Positions 1 to 8,100 of a DNA stretch of 32,000 nt are shown piece by piece. Both the position numbers and the translations under genes were made by a program. The notes under the pieces are model-generated. The model saw only the letters and a program-made list of their open reading frames with translations. It had not been told where the DNA came from and ran no database searches. Location of the stretch: the NCBI RefSeq assembly GCF_000017845.1, contig NC_010546.1, forward strand, positions 4,050,001 through 4,082,000, read 5' to 3'. Source of the DNA: Crocosphaera subtropica ATCC 51142 (lineage in GTDB: Bacteria > Cyanobacteriota > Cyanobacteriia > Cyanobacteriales > Microcystaceae). Position 1 is the stretch's first letter. The number at the start of each line of letters is the position of its first letter.

Positions 1-2053
1 TAATGAAATTTTCGTGTCCCTTTAAAGTTTGCTCACAAATACCTGTTTTAAGATGCCAAATTTTAATTTGATTATCCATTCCACCACTGGCAAAAATAGA
101 TTGATGAGGATGCAAACTGACCGATAAAACGCTTTGTGAGTGGCCTTGAAATTGTCTTAATTCTTGTCCAGTTGAAATTTCCCATAATTTAATAGTCGTG
201 TCTTCGCTACTACTCATTAAATAACAATTATCCTGACTAAATGATAAATCCCAAATATAGCTATTGTGACCATTTAAAGTCATTAAAGGGGTTAAATCGG
301 GAAAACACCAAAGACGAATCTTTCCCCCTGAATCTCCCGTGGCTAACAGTTGTCCATCATGACTAAATTTGAGTGAAAAAATACTGCCAAAAGTTTGTGT
401 AAATTGACAATGAATTAAACTCGCTTTGGTAAAGTTGACATTGTTTAAAATTCTTCCTTGTAGATGACCATGACAAATTGATAACCCAGAAAAATCATAG
501 TCACTTAAGTTAACCCCTAAGTATCGAGTTAAATTGAAAAAGTTGCCACCCCCATAATGATGAACTTGTTTCGGATATTGTTTAAGTTGTTTCAGAATTT
601 TATGACAATGTTGGCTCAAATAAGTTTGAGAGGTTAAACTCTGGGTTAATTTTTTCGCAATAGGTTCTAAAATCAGTCTTAATTGAGTTTGATGAAGATA
701 ATCTTTTACATTCGTAGGGGTTAAAGATAATTCTAAAAAGAGAGAAAAATTGAGGGAAATTAATTCAGTTGTTATGGTTTTAACTAAATGTTCGGTAACA
801 TATTCCATCACCACAGGCTGTAAAGTATAGGTATCTTGTTGATTTTCCAGCAGCGATCGCCATCTTAAAGATTCTAAAGCGTCTAAAATATGATTTGGCT
901 CAATCCAAGATGATAGTTGTTCAGTTAAGCTTTTGATCTTTGTCCATTCTCGATTAATGGCTAAGAGATAGATGATCTTTTTTTCTAAGTCTGATAACCG
1001 AGAAAACTGCTGATCAATCAACCGATGAATATTATTAAAAGCAAAAGTGTTTTGAGCTAAAAATTGTTGAATTTTCCCCTCAAATAAATCTTGGATAGAT
1101 GTTGCCAAAATCTTCAAAGCTAACGGATTACAACGATAATGTTCTACTAATTTTTGTTTTTCTTGGCTAGATCCTTTTAACCCTTTCGCATTTAAAAGAG
1201 CCATTCCTGCTTCTAATGATCCTCTTAAATTTAAAGAACGAACTGATAATTTTACTCCTTCTAATTCAGCCACCTCTAATGGTTTTTCTCGTGAGGTCAG
1301 GAGGAGACAACTTTGATGGTTATTTTCTCCAATTAATCGTAAGAGTTTGCCATAATCTTCATAGTCAAGACGATATTGACCCACAACTGTCTTCGGTTCA
1401 AATAGGGTTTCAAAGTTATCTAAAATAATCAAACAACGTCGATTTTTTAACCAATATAGTAACCTTTTAAAACTTAGTTCATCATCTTGTTGATCAGACA
1501 GAAAAGGAATTAACTCGATTAATAACGTATTTAAGAATGGAGCATTTGTCAGCGATCGCCAAATCACTAAATCAAACTCAGACGTTATTTCTTTCGCTAA
1601 TTTGATGGCTAAAGTGCTTTTGCCAACCCCTCCTAAACCCAATAAAGAAATTAATTTACAATTATCTTTTAAAAGCCAAGTTTTTAGCTTATTTAATTCT
1701 GATATTCTGCCCCAAAAATACTCAGTTTCAATTGCTTCTCCCCAATCTTGATGTTTATTAAATTTTAGGGTTACTTGTTGATTTAAGTCTGTTTTAGATT
1801 TGCGCTCTAAAGCTGCTTTAAAATTAGTTTTACTAACCTTTTCTCCTAAAACTTGGCTGAGTTTTTTCCATAATTTAGGACCAATATCTCGCCTTAAATA
1901 ACTATCAGCATAACCTGCCTTATCAGCAATTTGGTCATAAGTTTCATCTTGCCATGCTCCTACTAAGATGATAGTTTCTACATCACTGAGATATTTTCCT
2001 GTTGTTTTATAAACTAAATTATTTACTAATAGCAAAGATTGTTCAAGAGTCAT
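1..2053 (-). CDS. STAND NTPase: LuxR/sigma70-region-4-like HTH + NB-ARC/NACHT-type P-loop + pentapeptide-like linker + WD40 repeats; the C-terminus runs off the left window edge
   Basis: Reverse-strand ATG at 2053-2051. My translation begins MTLEQSLLLVNNLVYKTTGKYLSDVETIILVGAWQDETYDQIADKAGYADSYLRRDIGPKLWKKLSQVLGEKVSKTN. Walker A GLGGVGKSTLA, Walker B-like LIILDNFE, LLLTSREKP and CNPLALKI (GxP-like) motifs. WD40 units such as GHSQSVLSVSLHP...NQIKIW, and GHENFI at position 1. I spot-translated both ends (about 2053-1560 and 500-1) plus part of the middle. Continuity of the rest is inferred from the absence of any listed minus-strand ORF here (ORFs without an in-window stop appear to be omitted from the track). 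Confidence 0.8.
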   Translation of the reverse strand, partial: MTLEQSLLLVNNLVYKTTGKYLSDVETIILVGAWQDETYDQIADKAGYADSYLRRDIGPKLWKKLSQVLGEKVSKTNFKAALERKSKTDLNQQVTLKFNKHQDWGEAIETEYFWGRISELNKLKTWLLKDNCKLISLLGLGGVGKSTLAIKLAKEITSEFDLVIWRSLTNAPFLNTLLIELIPFLSDQQDDELSFKRLLYWLKNRRCLIILDNFETLFEPKTVVGQYRLDYEDYGKLLRLIGENNHQSCLLLTSREKPLEVAELEGVKLSVRSLNLRGSLEAGMALLNAKGLKGSSQEKQKLVEHYRCNPLALKILATSIQDLFEGKIQQFLAQNTFAFNNIHRLIDQQFSRLSDLEKKIIYLLAINREWTKIKSLTEQLSSWIEPNHILDALESLRWRSLLENQQDTYTLQPVVMEYVTEHLVKTITTELISLNFSLFLELSLTPTNVKDYLHQTQLRLILEPIAKKLTQSLTSQTYLSQHCHKILKQLKQYPKQVHHYGGGNFFNLTRYLGVNLSDYDFSGLSICHGHLQGRILNNVNFTKASLIHCQFTQTFGSIFSLKFSHDGQLLATGDSGGKIRLWCFPDLTPLMTLNGHNSYIWDLSFSQDNCYLMSSSEDTTIKLWEISTGQELRQFQGHSQSVLSVSLHPHQSIFASGGMDNQIKIWHLKTGICEQTLKGHENFI

Positions 2054-2267
2054 AGTTAATTTGGGTTTAAGTAGAGAAAGAAAAACATAAGTCTTAGACT
2101 AAATTTTCAACTTAACTGTAAAGACATGGGCAATTGCTAATAGTCCAAGATTTCCAGCGTTTTCATTATTTTTAACATAGATCAATATCTTAATGGAAAC
2201 CATAACTATTTTAAGATTCATGTTCCTCATATTCGTTTTGGGGATAAATATTCTTACCTCTTCAAAA

Positions 2268-2314
2268 AAGTTAAGTCCTTAAGGTAAGAAAAGTTAAGTA
2301 TCAGCAAAGTTAAG
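2268..2314 (+). promoter_or_regulatory. Three exact direct copies of the octamer AAGTTAAG (2268-2275, 2291-2298, 2307-2314) in the divergent intergenic region; candidate operator/activator boxes
   Basis: Read directly: aaaAAGTTAAGtccttaaggtaagaaAAGTTAAGtatcagcaAAGTTAAGctt. Inverted near-copies: CTTAACTG at 2111-2118, CCTAACTT at 2333-2340, and exact CTTAACTT at 5073-5080 in the second promoter region. Confidence 0.35.
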
Positions 2315-2330
2315 CTTAAACGCTTCTATC

Positions 2331-2376
2331 TCCCTAACTTTTCTGTATCGACTCTCAGTTTAATTCAGTTTATAAA
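2331..2376 (+). promoter_or_regulatory. Putative promoter A: conserved box TCCCTAACTTTTCTGTA + -35-like TCGACT (2348-2353) + 17-nt spacer + -10 TATAAA (2371-2376)
   Basis: Paralogous to 5071-5116 at an ungapped offset of exactly 2740 nt (core 23-mer 20/23 identical). Lies 38 nt upstream of the ATG at 2414. GGAGAC Shine-Dalgarno at 2402-2407. Confidence 0.4.
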
Positions 2377-2413
2377 AGTAATATCAACCCATCAGATTAA
2401 CGGAGACAAAATC

Positions 2414-2674
2414 ATGAAACTTATTTATAGAGGGATTCAATACGATAACACCAACACACCTAACATCGTGAACCAAGAGAAACAACTGACAGCTAAATAT
2501 CGAGGAATCAGCTATCAAGTTTCTTTAAATTCCCAAAAAGCTAAACAAGTCAATCATATTTTGAAGTATCGAGGGGTTAACTATAACAGTCAACCTAACA
2601 AAAATGTTCTTCAAACCACTCCTTATTCTACTGGTATCGACGGTGATCATATTCCTAATCATTTAATCGCATAA
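2414..2674 (+). CDS. DUF4278-family small protein with three YRG(I/V)xY repeats
   Basis: 86 aa: MKLIYRGIQYD...AKYRGISYQ...LKYRGVNYN. The MKLxYRGxxY N-terminus is the hallmark of the cyanobacterial DUF4278 family. Good SD sequence. Confidence 0.7.
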   Translation: MKLIYRGIQYDNTNTPNIVNQEKQLTAKYRGISYQVSLNSQKAKQVNHILKYRGVNYNSQPNKNVLQTTPYSTGIDGDHIPNHLIA

Positions 2675-2788
2675 GACCATTGATACCTAATATCTAGAGA
2701 CTGAGGAAAGAAATTTCTAATCCCTATTGTTATCTTTAATTTCTATCTCAATCCCTTGCTAATTTACACACACATTTTGGACAAAATC

Positions 2789-3715
2789 ATGACTATTGCT
2801 AAACCTTCTCCGACGATTGAACTAAAAACATCAGAGAGAATTAACCTAAAACTTTTACCCTGGATAATCTCAACTCTACTCAAAAAAACTGACAGTAATT
2901 ATCAACCTACTCTCATCGGTCATATTCTCTTAGCCTTAGTTTTATCCTGTACCTTCTTTGGCAGTTATGCCCTACATATTCATCGTTCTGCTGCTCGTTT
3001 AAATCAATGGTTAAATCCTTCAACAACCGTGGAAACAGATGTTACGCTTCAACGCCTCGAAAGTAAGATGGCAGAAGCACAACAACAACTCAAAAAAACA
3101 ACAAAACCTGAAACAAAACATAACATCGAACGTACTTTATCTGAGCAAGAAAGACTGAAAACGCAATTATATGAAATCGATAAAAGACTGGAACGTTATC
3201 GATACATGATGGTCTTTTTTTACAGTCGTAATTATGCGTCAATTACTTTAACAACCTTTTCTGCAATCATTGCTGGTTCTTGTGTTTTATTAATTAGTCG
3301 TGCAGGTTGGCAACGCATTAATAATCTTGTCATTCATCTCTGTATTTTTTCTTCAGGTTGCGTCATTTTATTTTCTGACATCTCAGGTATCTTTCAATAT
3401 GACCTAAATTACCAAAATGTCGCTAATATTTATGGCGAACACATGACGCTAAAAAATGCCATTCGTAGCTTTTTTGCCACTGGGGGATTTCTTCAAGAAA
3501 ATCCAAATACCGGAGAAACCCAATACATCGAATTACAAGACACAAACCGCTTTATTTATTACGTCGATCAACAACTAACCAAGTTTAATCAAATTCCCTT
3601 AGCTATCGATAATTCTACCCTAGAACGAGTTGTTAATTCTGCCAATTTAGGAGATCAATTGGGAGATAGAATTTCCTTCGATGTCCCCGAATCTGCTAAG
3701 GAAATACCTCAATAA
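2789..3715 (+). CDS. 3-TM membrane protein with a central coiled coil; the TM hairpin plus following helix is loosely SLATT/DUF4231-like (candidate pore/holin-like effector)
   Basis: I prefer the ATG at 2789 (MTIAKPSP...) over the TTG at 2756. Hydrophobic helices: LIGHILLALVLSCTFFGSYAL, ASITLTTFSAIIAGSCVLLI, LVIHLCIFSSGCVILFSDISGI. Charged heptad-like stretch: LQRLESKMAEAQQQLKK...QERLKTQLYEIDKRLERYRY. The family assignment is pattern-based only. Confidence 0.6.
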   Translation: MTIAKPSPTIELKTSERINLKLLPWIISTLLKKTDSNYQPTLIGHILLALVLSCTFFGSYALHIHRSAARLNQWLNPSTTVETDVTLQRLESKMAEAQQQLKKTTKPETKHNIERTLSEQERLKTQLYEIDKRLERYRYMMVFFYSRNYASITLTTFSAIIAGSCVLLISRAGWQRINNLVIHLCIFSSGCVILFSDISGIFQYDLNYQNVANIYGEHMTLKNAIRSFFATGGFLQENPNTGETQYIELQDTNRFIYYVDQQLTKFNQIPLAIDNSTLERVVNSANLGDQLGDRISFDVPESAKEIPQ

Positions 3716-3780
3716 ACGATTAGCAGAAATTTAGTGAAAAGTTTGTCCATTTAGTTCCTATTATTCTGGAGATATTCATC

Positions 3781-4998
3781 ATGAACACCATCAAAGCAAC
3801 CACTCAAACTTTCCTCAAAAAAGTAGTAACCCAAGCCTCTCAACTCTCAGATAACCAAAAAGTACAAGTCCCCCAAGGAAAAACCTACCAAATTATTAAT
3901 TACGCTGAAGCAGAACAAGGTCACTACCAAGTAGAATTAAACTATGGTGCCGGAACCTGGTACCTTTGGTCAGGTCACTGGCAACTCCCCTGGGAAGATA
4001 ACCAAGAGGAAGCAGAAATTACAAAGACAGACTTCTTTTCCCCTGAAAATCTTAAAGCGATTATGCCAAATGCTACTTCGGCCGACATCGCTACCTATGT
4101 TAACCCCCTTAATAAAGTCTTGTCTGACTTTGATTTAGCCACAACCACTAGGGCTTGCGCCTTCATTGCTCAAATTGCTCATGAAAGCGGTTCTTTACGC
4201 TATAAAGAAGAAATCGCATCAGGGGCAGCCTATGAAGGACGACGGGACTTAGGCAACACTCAACCAGGAGACGGTAAACGCTTCAAGGGCAGAGGTTTGA
4301 TCCAACTCACCGGCAGGGCAAACTATCGTCAATGTGGACAGGCGTTAAATTTACCCCTAGAACAAAATCCCGAATTAGTTGTCAAAGATCCTTACACCAA
4401 TGCTGCGGTGGCCGGTTGGTATTGGCAAAGTCGTAACATTAACGCAGCAGCTGATGCTGGAGACTTTCAACGGGTGACACGGTTGATCAACGGCGGATTG
4501 AATGGATATAGCGATCGCCTTCAATATTGGGAGAGAGCTAAGAAAGTGTTAGGACAACAAGACCATCAAAAAAGCAATGTTCCTAGCTCTTGGAAAGCAG
4601 TGAACTGGAATGATGTCAATGCCAAGGTGTCCAACTATTTTACCGTCCGAGAAGTGATCAACGGCGATCGCCGTCGCATTCCCACTGATGACACCATTAA
4701 GCAAAACATTTTTACCTTAGCCCAAGAATTAGATAAGGTGCGAGAAGCCTGGGGATCTCCCATTATTGTCACCTCTTGGTATCGTCCCCCTGCCATTAAC
4801 CGTGCTATTGGTGGAGCGACCCGTTCTCAACATATTTTAGGAAAAGCTGCCGATATTCGACCGGTTCAGGGCAATTTATATCAATTCCAAGATTGGTTAG
4901 ATAAGGTAGCCTGGAAAGATAAAGCGTTGGGCTATGGGGCGAAAAAAGGCTTTGTCCATGTTGATCTGCGTCCTGGAAAGATTCGCTGGAATTATTAA
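3781..4998 (+). CDS. Two-catalytic-domain cell-wall hydrolase: N-terminal SH3-like module + GH19/COG3179 chitinase-lysozyme-like domain + peptidase M15A (zinc D-Ala-D-Ala carboxypeptidase-like) domain; no signal peptide
   Basis: GH19-type block: AFIAQIAHESGSLRYKEE...FKGRGLIQLTGRANY...AAVAGWYW...INGGLNG. M15-type zinc motif: SQHILGKAADI ... GFVHVDLRP. The N-terminus MNTIKATTQTFLKKVVTQASQLSDNQK is hydrophilic. Confidence 0.85.
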   Translation: MNTIKATTQTFLKKVVTQASQLSDNQKVQVPQGKTYQIINYAEAEQGHYQVELNYGAGTWYLWSGHWQLPWEDNQEEAEITKTDFFSPENLKAIMPNATSADIATYVNPLNKVLSDFDLATTTRACAFIAQIAHESGSLRYKEEIASGAAYEGRRDLGNTQPGDGKRFKGRGLIQLTGRANYRQCGQALNLPLEQNPELVVKDPYTNAAVAGWYWQSRNINAAADAGDFQRVTRLINGGLNGYSDRLQYWERAKKVLGQQDHQKSNVPSSWKAVNWNDVNAKVSNYFTVREVINGDRRRIPTDDTIKQNIFTLAQELDKVREAWGSPIIVTSWYRPPAINRAIGGATRSQHILGKAADIRPVQGNLYQFQDWLDKVAWKDKALGYGAKKGFVHVDLRPGKIRWNY

Positions 4999-5021
4999 AT
5001 CTTAGATGAGTTGACTAAACG

Positions 5022-5052
5022 GGGTTGATGAGTATCATCAACCCTAATTTTT
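5022..5052 (+). terminator. Rho-independent terminator after the hydrolase gene
   Basis: GGGTTGATGA (5022-5031), loop GTA, TCATCAACCC (5035-5044), then TAATTTTT. Perfect 10-bp stem. Confidence 0.6.
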
Positions 5053-5070
5053 GTCTTAACCGAAAATAAC

Positions 5071-5116
5071 TCCTTAACTTTTCTACATCGACTTTTCCAG
5101 AAAATCAGCCTATAAG
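5071..5116 (+). promoter_or_regulatory. Putative promoter B: conserved box TCCTTAACTTTTCTACA + -35-like TCGACT (5088-5093) + 17-nt spacer + -10 TATAAG (5111-5116)
   Basis: Paralog of 2331-2376. Followed by a 5' UTR with the hairpin GATCTCGAAGAGATC (5133-5147) and GGAGAC SD (5154-5159) before the ATG at 5170. Confidence 0.4.
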
Positions 5117-5169
5117 TATTACTAAAGAGGGGGATCTCGAAGAGATCACAATTTGGAGACAAGCTTCTG

Positions 5170-8100
5170 ATGTATGACTCAACTTCATCATATCAATACC
5201 AGGTGGGAGGAGGGCTACCCGCCAATGCCCCAAGTTATGTGGTTCGTAGTGCCGACGAAGAACTCTATCAAGCCCTAAAAGCAGGAACCTTCTGTTATGT
5301 TCTCAACTCTCGTCAAGTCGGTAAATCCAGTTTACGGGTAAGAGTAACCCAACGCTTACACCAAGAAGGCTTTGCCTGTGTTACTGTCGATTTATCGGGT
5401 ATTGGCAATCGCAACAGTAGCCCCGATCAATGGTATGCCGATATTATTATGCGTTTAGTTCGGGGTTTAGGACTGACAAAACAGATTCCTGTGCGTCGTT
5501 GGCTCGAAGAGCGGATGTTTCTCTCTCCTATCAATCGTCTAGCAGAAATATTACAAGAAGAACTCCCCAAAGCGATCGCCAAACCCATTGTTATCTTCTT
5601 CGATGAAATTGATAGTACCCTCAGTCTGCCTTTCAATACAGACGACTTTTTTGCGCTCTTACGGTCCTGTGACGAATACGATCATCTTACCTTTACCCTG
5701 TTAGGGGTAGCTACTCCCTCCGATCTCATTGCCGACAAAACCCGAACCCCTTTTAATATTGGTCGTGCCATTCAACTCCAAGGGTTTCAAGAAGCTGAAG
5801 TCAAACCTTTAATCTTAGGACTCACCCCAAAAGTGAAACAACCCCAATGGGTGATGAAAGAAATTTTAAGCTGGACAGGAGGACAACCCTTTCTGACCCA
5901 AAAACTCTGTCAATTAATGATTTCTCAAGGAGACAAGCTCCTAGATACCTCCCATGTGGCCAAGATTGTCCAAACTCAGATGATTGACAATTGGATCGCC
6001 CAAGACGAACCTCCCCATTTTCGCACCATCCGCGATCGCCTTCTTTGTCATGAACAACGGGCCAGTCGACTGTTAGGACTCTATCAACAAGTGTTAGAGG
6101 AAGGGCAACTGTTAGCCGATGATAGCCCCGAACAAATCGAACTCTTACTCTCAGGGTTAGTGGTGAAACAAGCCGGTTATTTACGCCCTTATAACCCCAT
6201 TTATCAAGCTATTTTCAACCTAGACTGGGTAGAAAAGCAATTGCAAACATTGCGTCCCTACGGAGAACGTCTTAACGCTTGGGTTCATTCTAACTACCAA
6301 GATCCCTCCCACCTCTTGCGAGGACAAGCCCTCATCGATGCCCAAACTTGGGCAAAAGGGAAAAACCTCAGTAACCAAGATTATCGCTTTTTAGCTGCCA
6401 GTCAAGAACAGGAAAAACAGGAAGTCCAAGGGACTCTCTTAATCACAGAACAAGCTAACCATATCCTAACCAAAGCTCAACAAAAAGCTAATCGCACCAT
6501 TCGTCGTGGTTTCTTGGGTTTATCCGTCGTCTCTGTTGTGGCCCTTTCCCTGTTAGGGATGGCGGGTTGGTTGACCCAGAAAACCGTCCGACAACAACAA
6601 CAGGTAGCTTTAGGAGAAGTCAAAGCTATGACCTTAGCTTCAGAAGCCTCCTTTGAAGCCCATCAAACCCTAAACGCATTATTAGAAAGCCTCAAAGCTG
6701 GTAACAAACTGACGGAGATAGGATGGCATCGAGCAGACACCGATCTCAAAATTCGTGTAGAAAAAGCCCTACATCAGTCTCTCTACCGAATACAAGAACA
6801 AAACCGCTTCAATGGCCATCAAGATATGGTCACACGGGTTAAATACAGTCCCGACGGACAAACCTTAGCCACAGCCAGTTGGGATAAAACCTTAAAAATT
6901 TGGGCTAAAGACGGAACCCTACTCCAAACCCTCAACGGCCATCAAGACGCAGTGTGGAGCGTTAATTATAGTCCCGATGGTCAATTCCTCGTCAGTGCCA
7001 GCCGAGATAAAACCGCTAAACTCTGGCGTGTGGCCGATGGAACCAAAGTGGCCACGCTTGATTTTAATGATGATTGGGTGGCTTGTGTGGGGTTTAGTCC
7101 CGATAGTCAACGGGTGGCTACCATGGGATGGAATGGGGTCGTCAAACTCTGGAATTTACAAGGGAAAGAGATCCTCTCCTTTAAAACCCACAATGCTCCT
7201 GTGATGGCTATTCACTACAGTCCGAAAGCAGAGTTAATTGCTACAGCGAGTCGGGATGGAACAGCCAAAATTTGGAATCTTCAAGGGGAAGCAGTGGCTA
7301 CCCTCCGAGGTCATCAAGATTGGGTCATGTATGTGAATTTTAGCCCCGATGGTCAAACGTTAGTGACAGGGAGTAAGGATAAAACCGCTAAACTTTGGGA
7401 TCTTCAGGGACGAGAATTAGCTACCTTAGAAGGTCATACAGAGACAGTAGGCAGTGGGGCGTTTAGTCGAGACGGTCAAACCATTGCCACAGCGGGTTTT
7501 GATAAAACAGTCCGTCTTTGGAATCGTCAAGGTAAACTCTTGAATGTTCTTCGTGGGCATACAGATGCGGTTTGGGGGGTGAATTTTAATGAAACGGGAC
7601 AAATTTTGGCCAGTAGTGGGGAGGATGGAACTGTACGCCTTTGGAATCTAAATCATGCCTTGAAATCAGCCCAAAGCCTCACTATACTCCCAGAAGAGGA
7701 TGCTGCTAAAGCCGATATTAGTCTCAGTCCCGATGGTCAATTATTAGGGACAGCCGGACGCTATACTATGGGGAAACTTTGGGATTTACAGGGGAATATG
7801 GTTGCTAAATTGAGCAGTCATGGGGATAACCTCAGAAGTATCGCATTTAGTCCCGATGGTCAATTATTAGTCACCGCAAGTCGGGATAAAACGGCTAAAC
7901 TGTGGAATCGACAGGGAGACGCTCTGGCTACCCTCCGTGGCCACCAAGGGGATGTGAGGGATGCCAGTTTTAGCCCTGATGGTCAATGGATTGTAACAGC
8001 CAGTTGGGATAAAACCGCTAAACTGTGGAATCGACAGGGACAAGTGTTATTCACCCTACAAGGTCATGAAGAGAGTATCAGACAGGTGGAGTTTAGCCCC

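Noticed and set aside
1216-1428. Plus-strand 70-aa ORF in the track
   Set aside because: It lies antisense inside the long NB-ARC/WD40 reading frame and its product is low-complexity. It is a shadow ORF.
2710-2719. Perfect 10-bp palindrome AGAAATTTCT between the DUF4278 gene and the membrane-protein gene
   Set aside because: Short AT-rich palindromes are expected by chance in this composition and I found no second copy.
3944-4138. 64-aa plus-strand ORF overlapping the hydrolase gene in another frame
   Set aside because: It sits within a well-supported CDS and I recognised no motifs. The same reasoning applies to 5427-5636, 6919-7110, 6977-7204, 8763-8957, 10660-10851, 11421-11612, 12007-12189, 14375-14668, 15325-15516, 15511-15732, 15798-16040, 16538-16729, 17584-17808, 22945-23166, 26773-27030, 28403-28642, 28686-28898, 30497-30697 and 31724-31936.
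2414-4998. Interpretation of the membrane protein plus hydrolase as a prophage lysis module
   Set aside because: I saw no terminase, capsid, tail, integrase, repressor or att-like repeat within 10 kb on either side. HIP1 sites occur inside the hydrolase gene (4511, 4664), which suggests long residence in the host genome. A very old remnant cannot be excluded.
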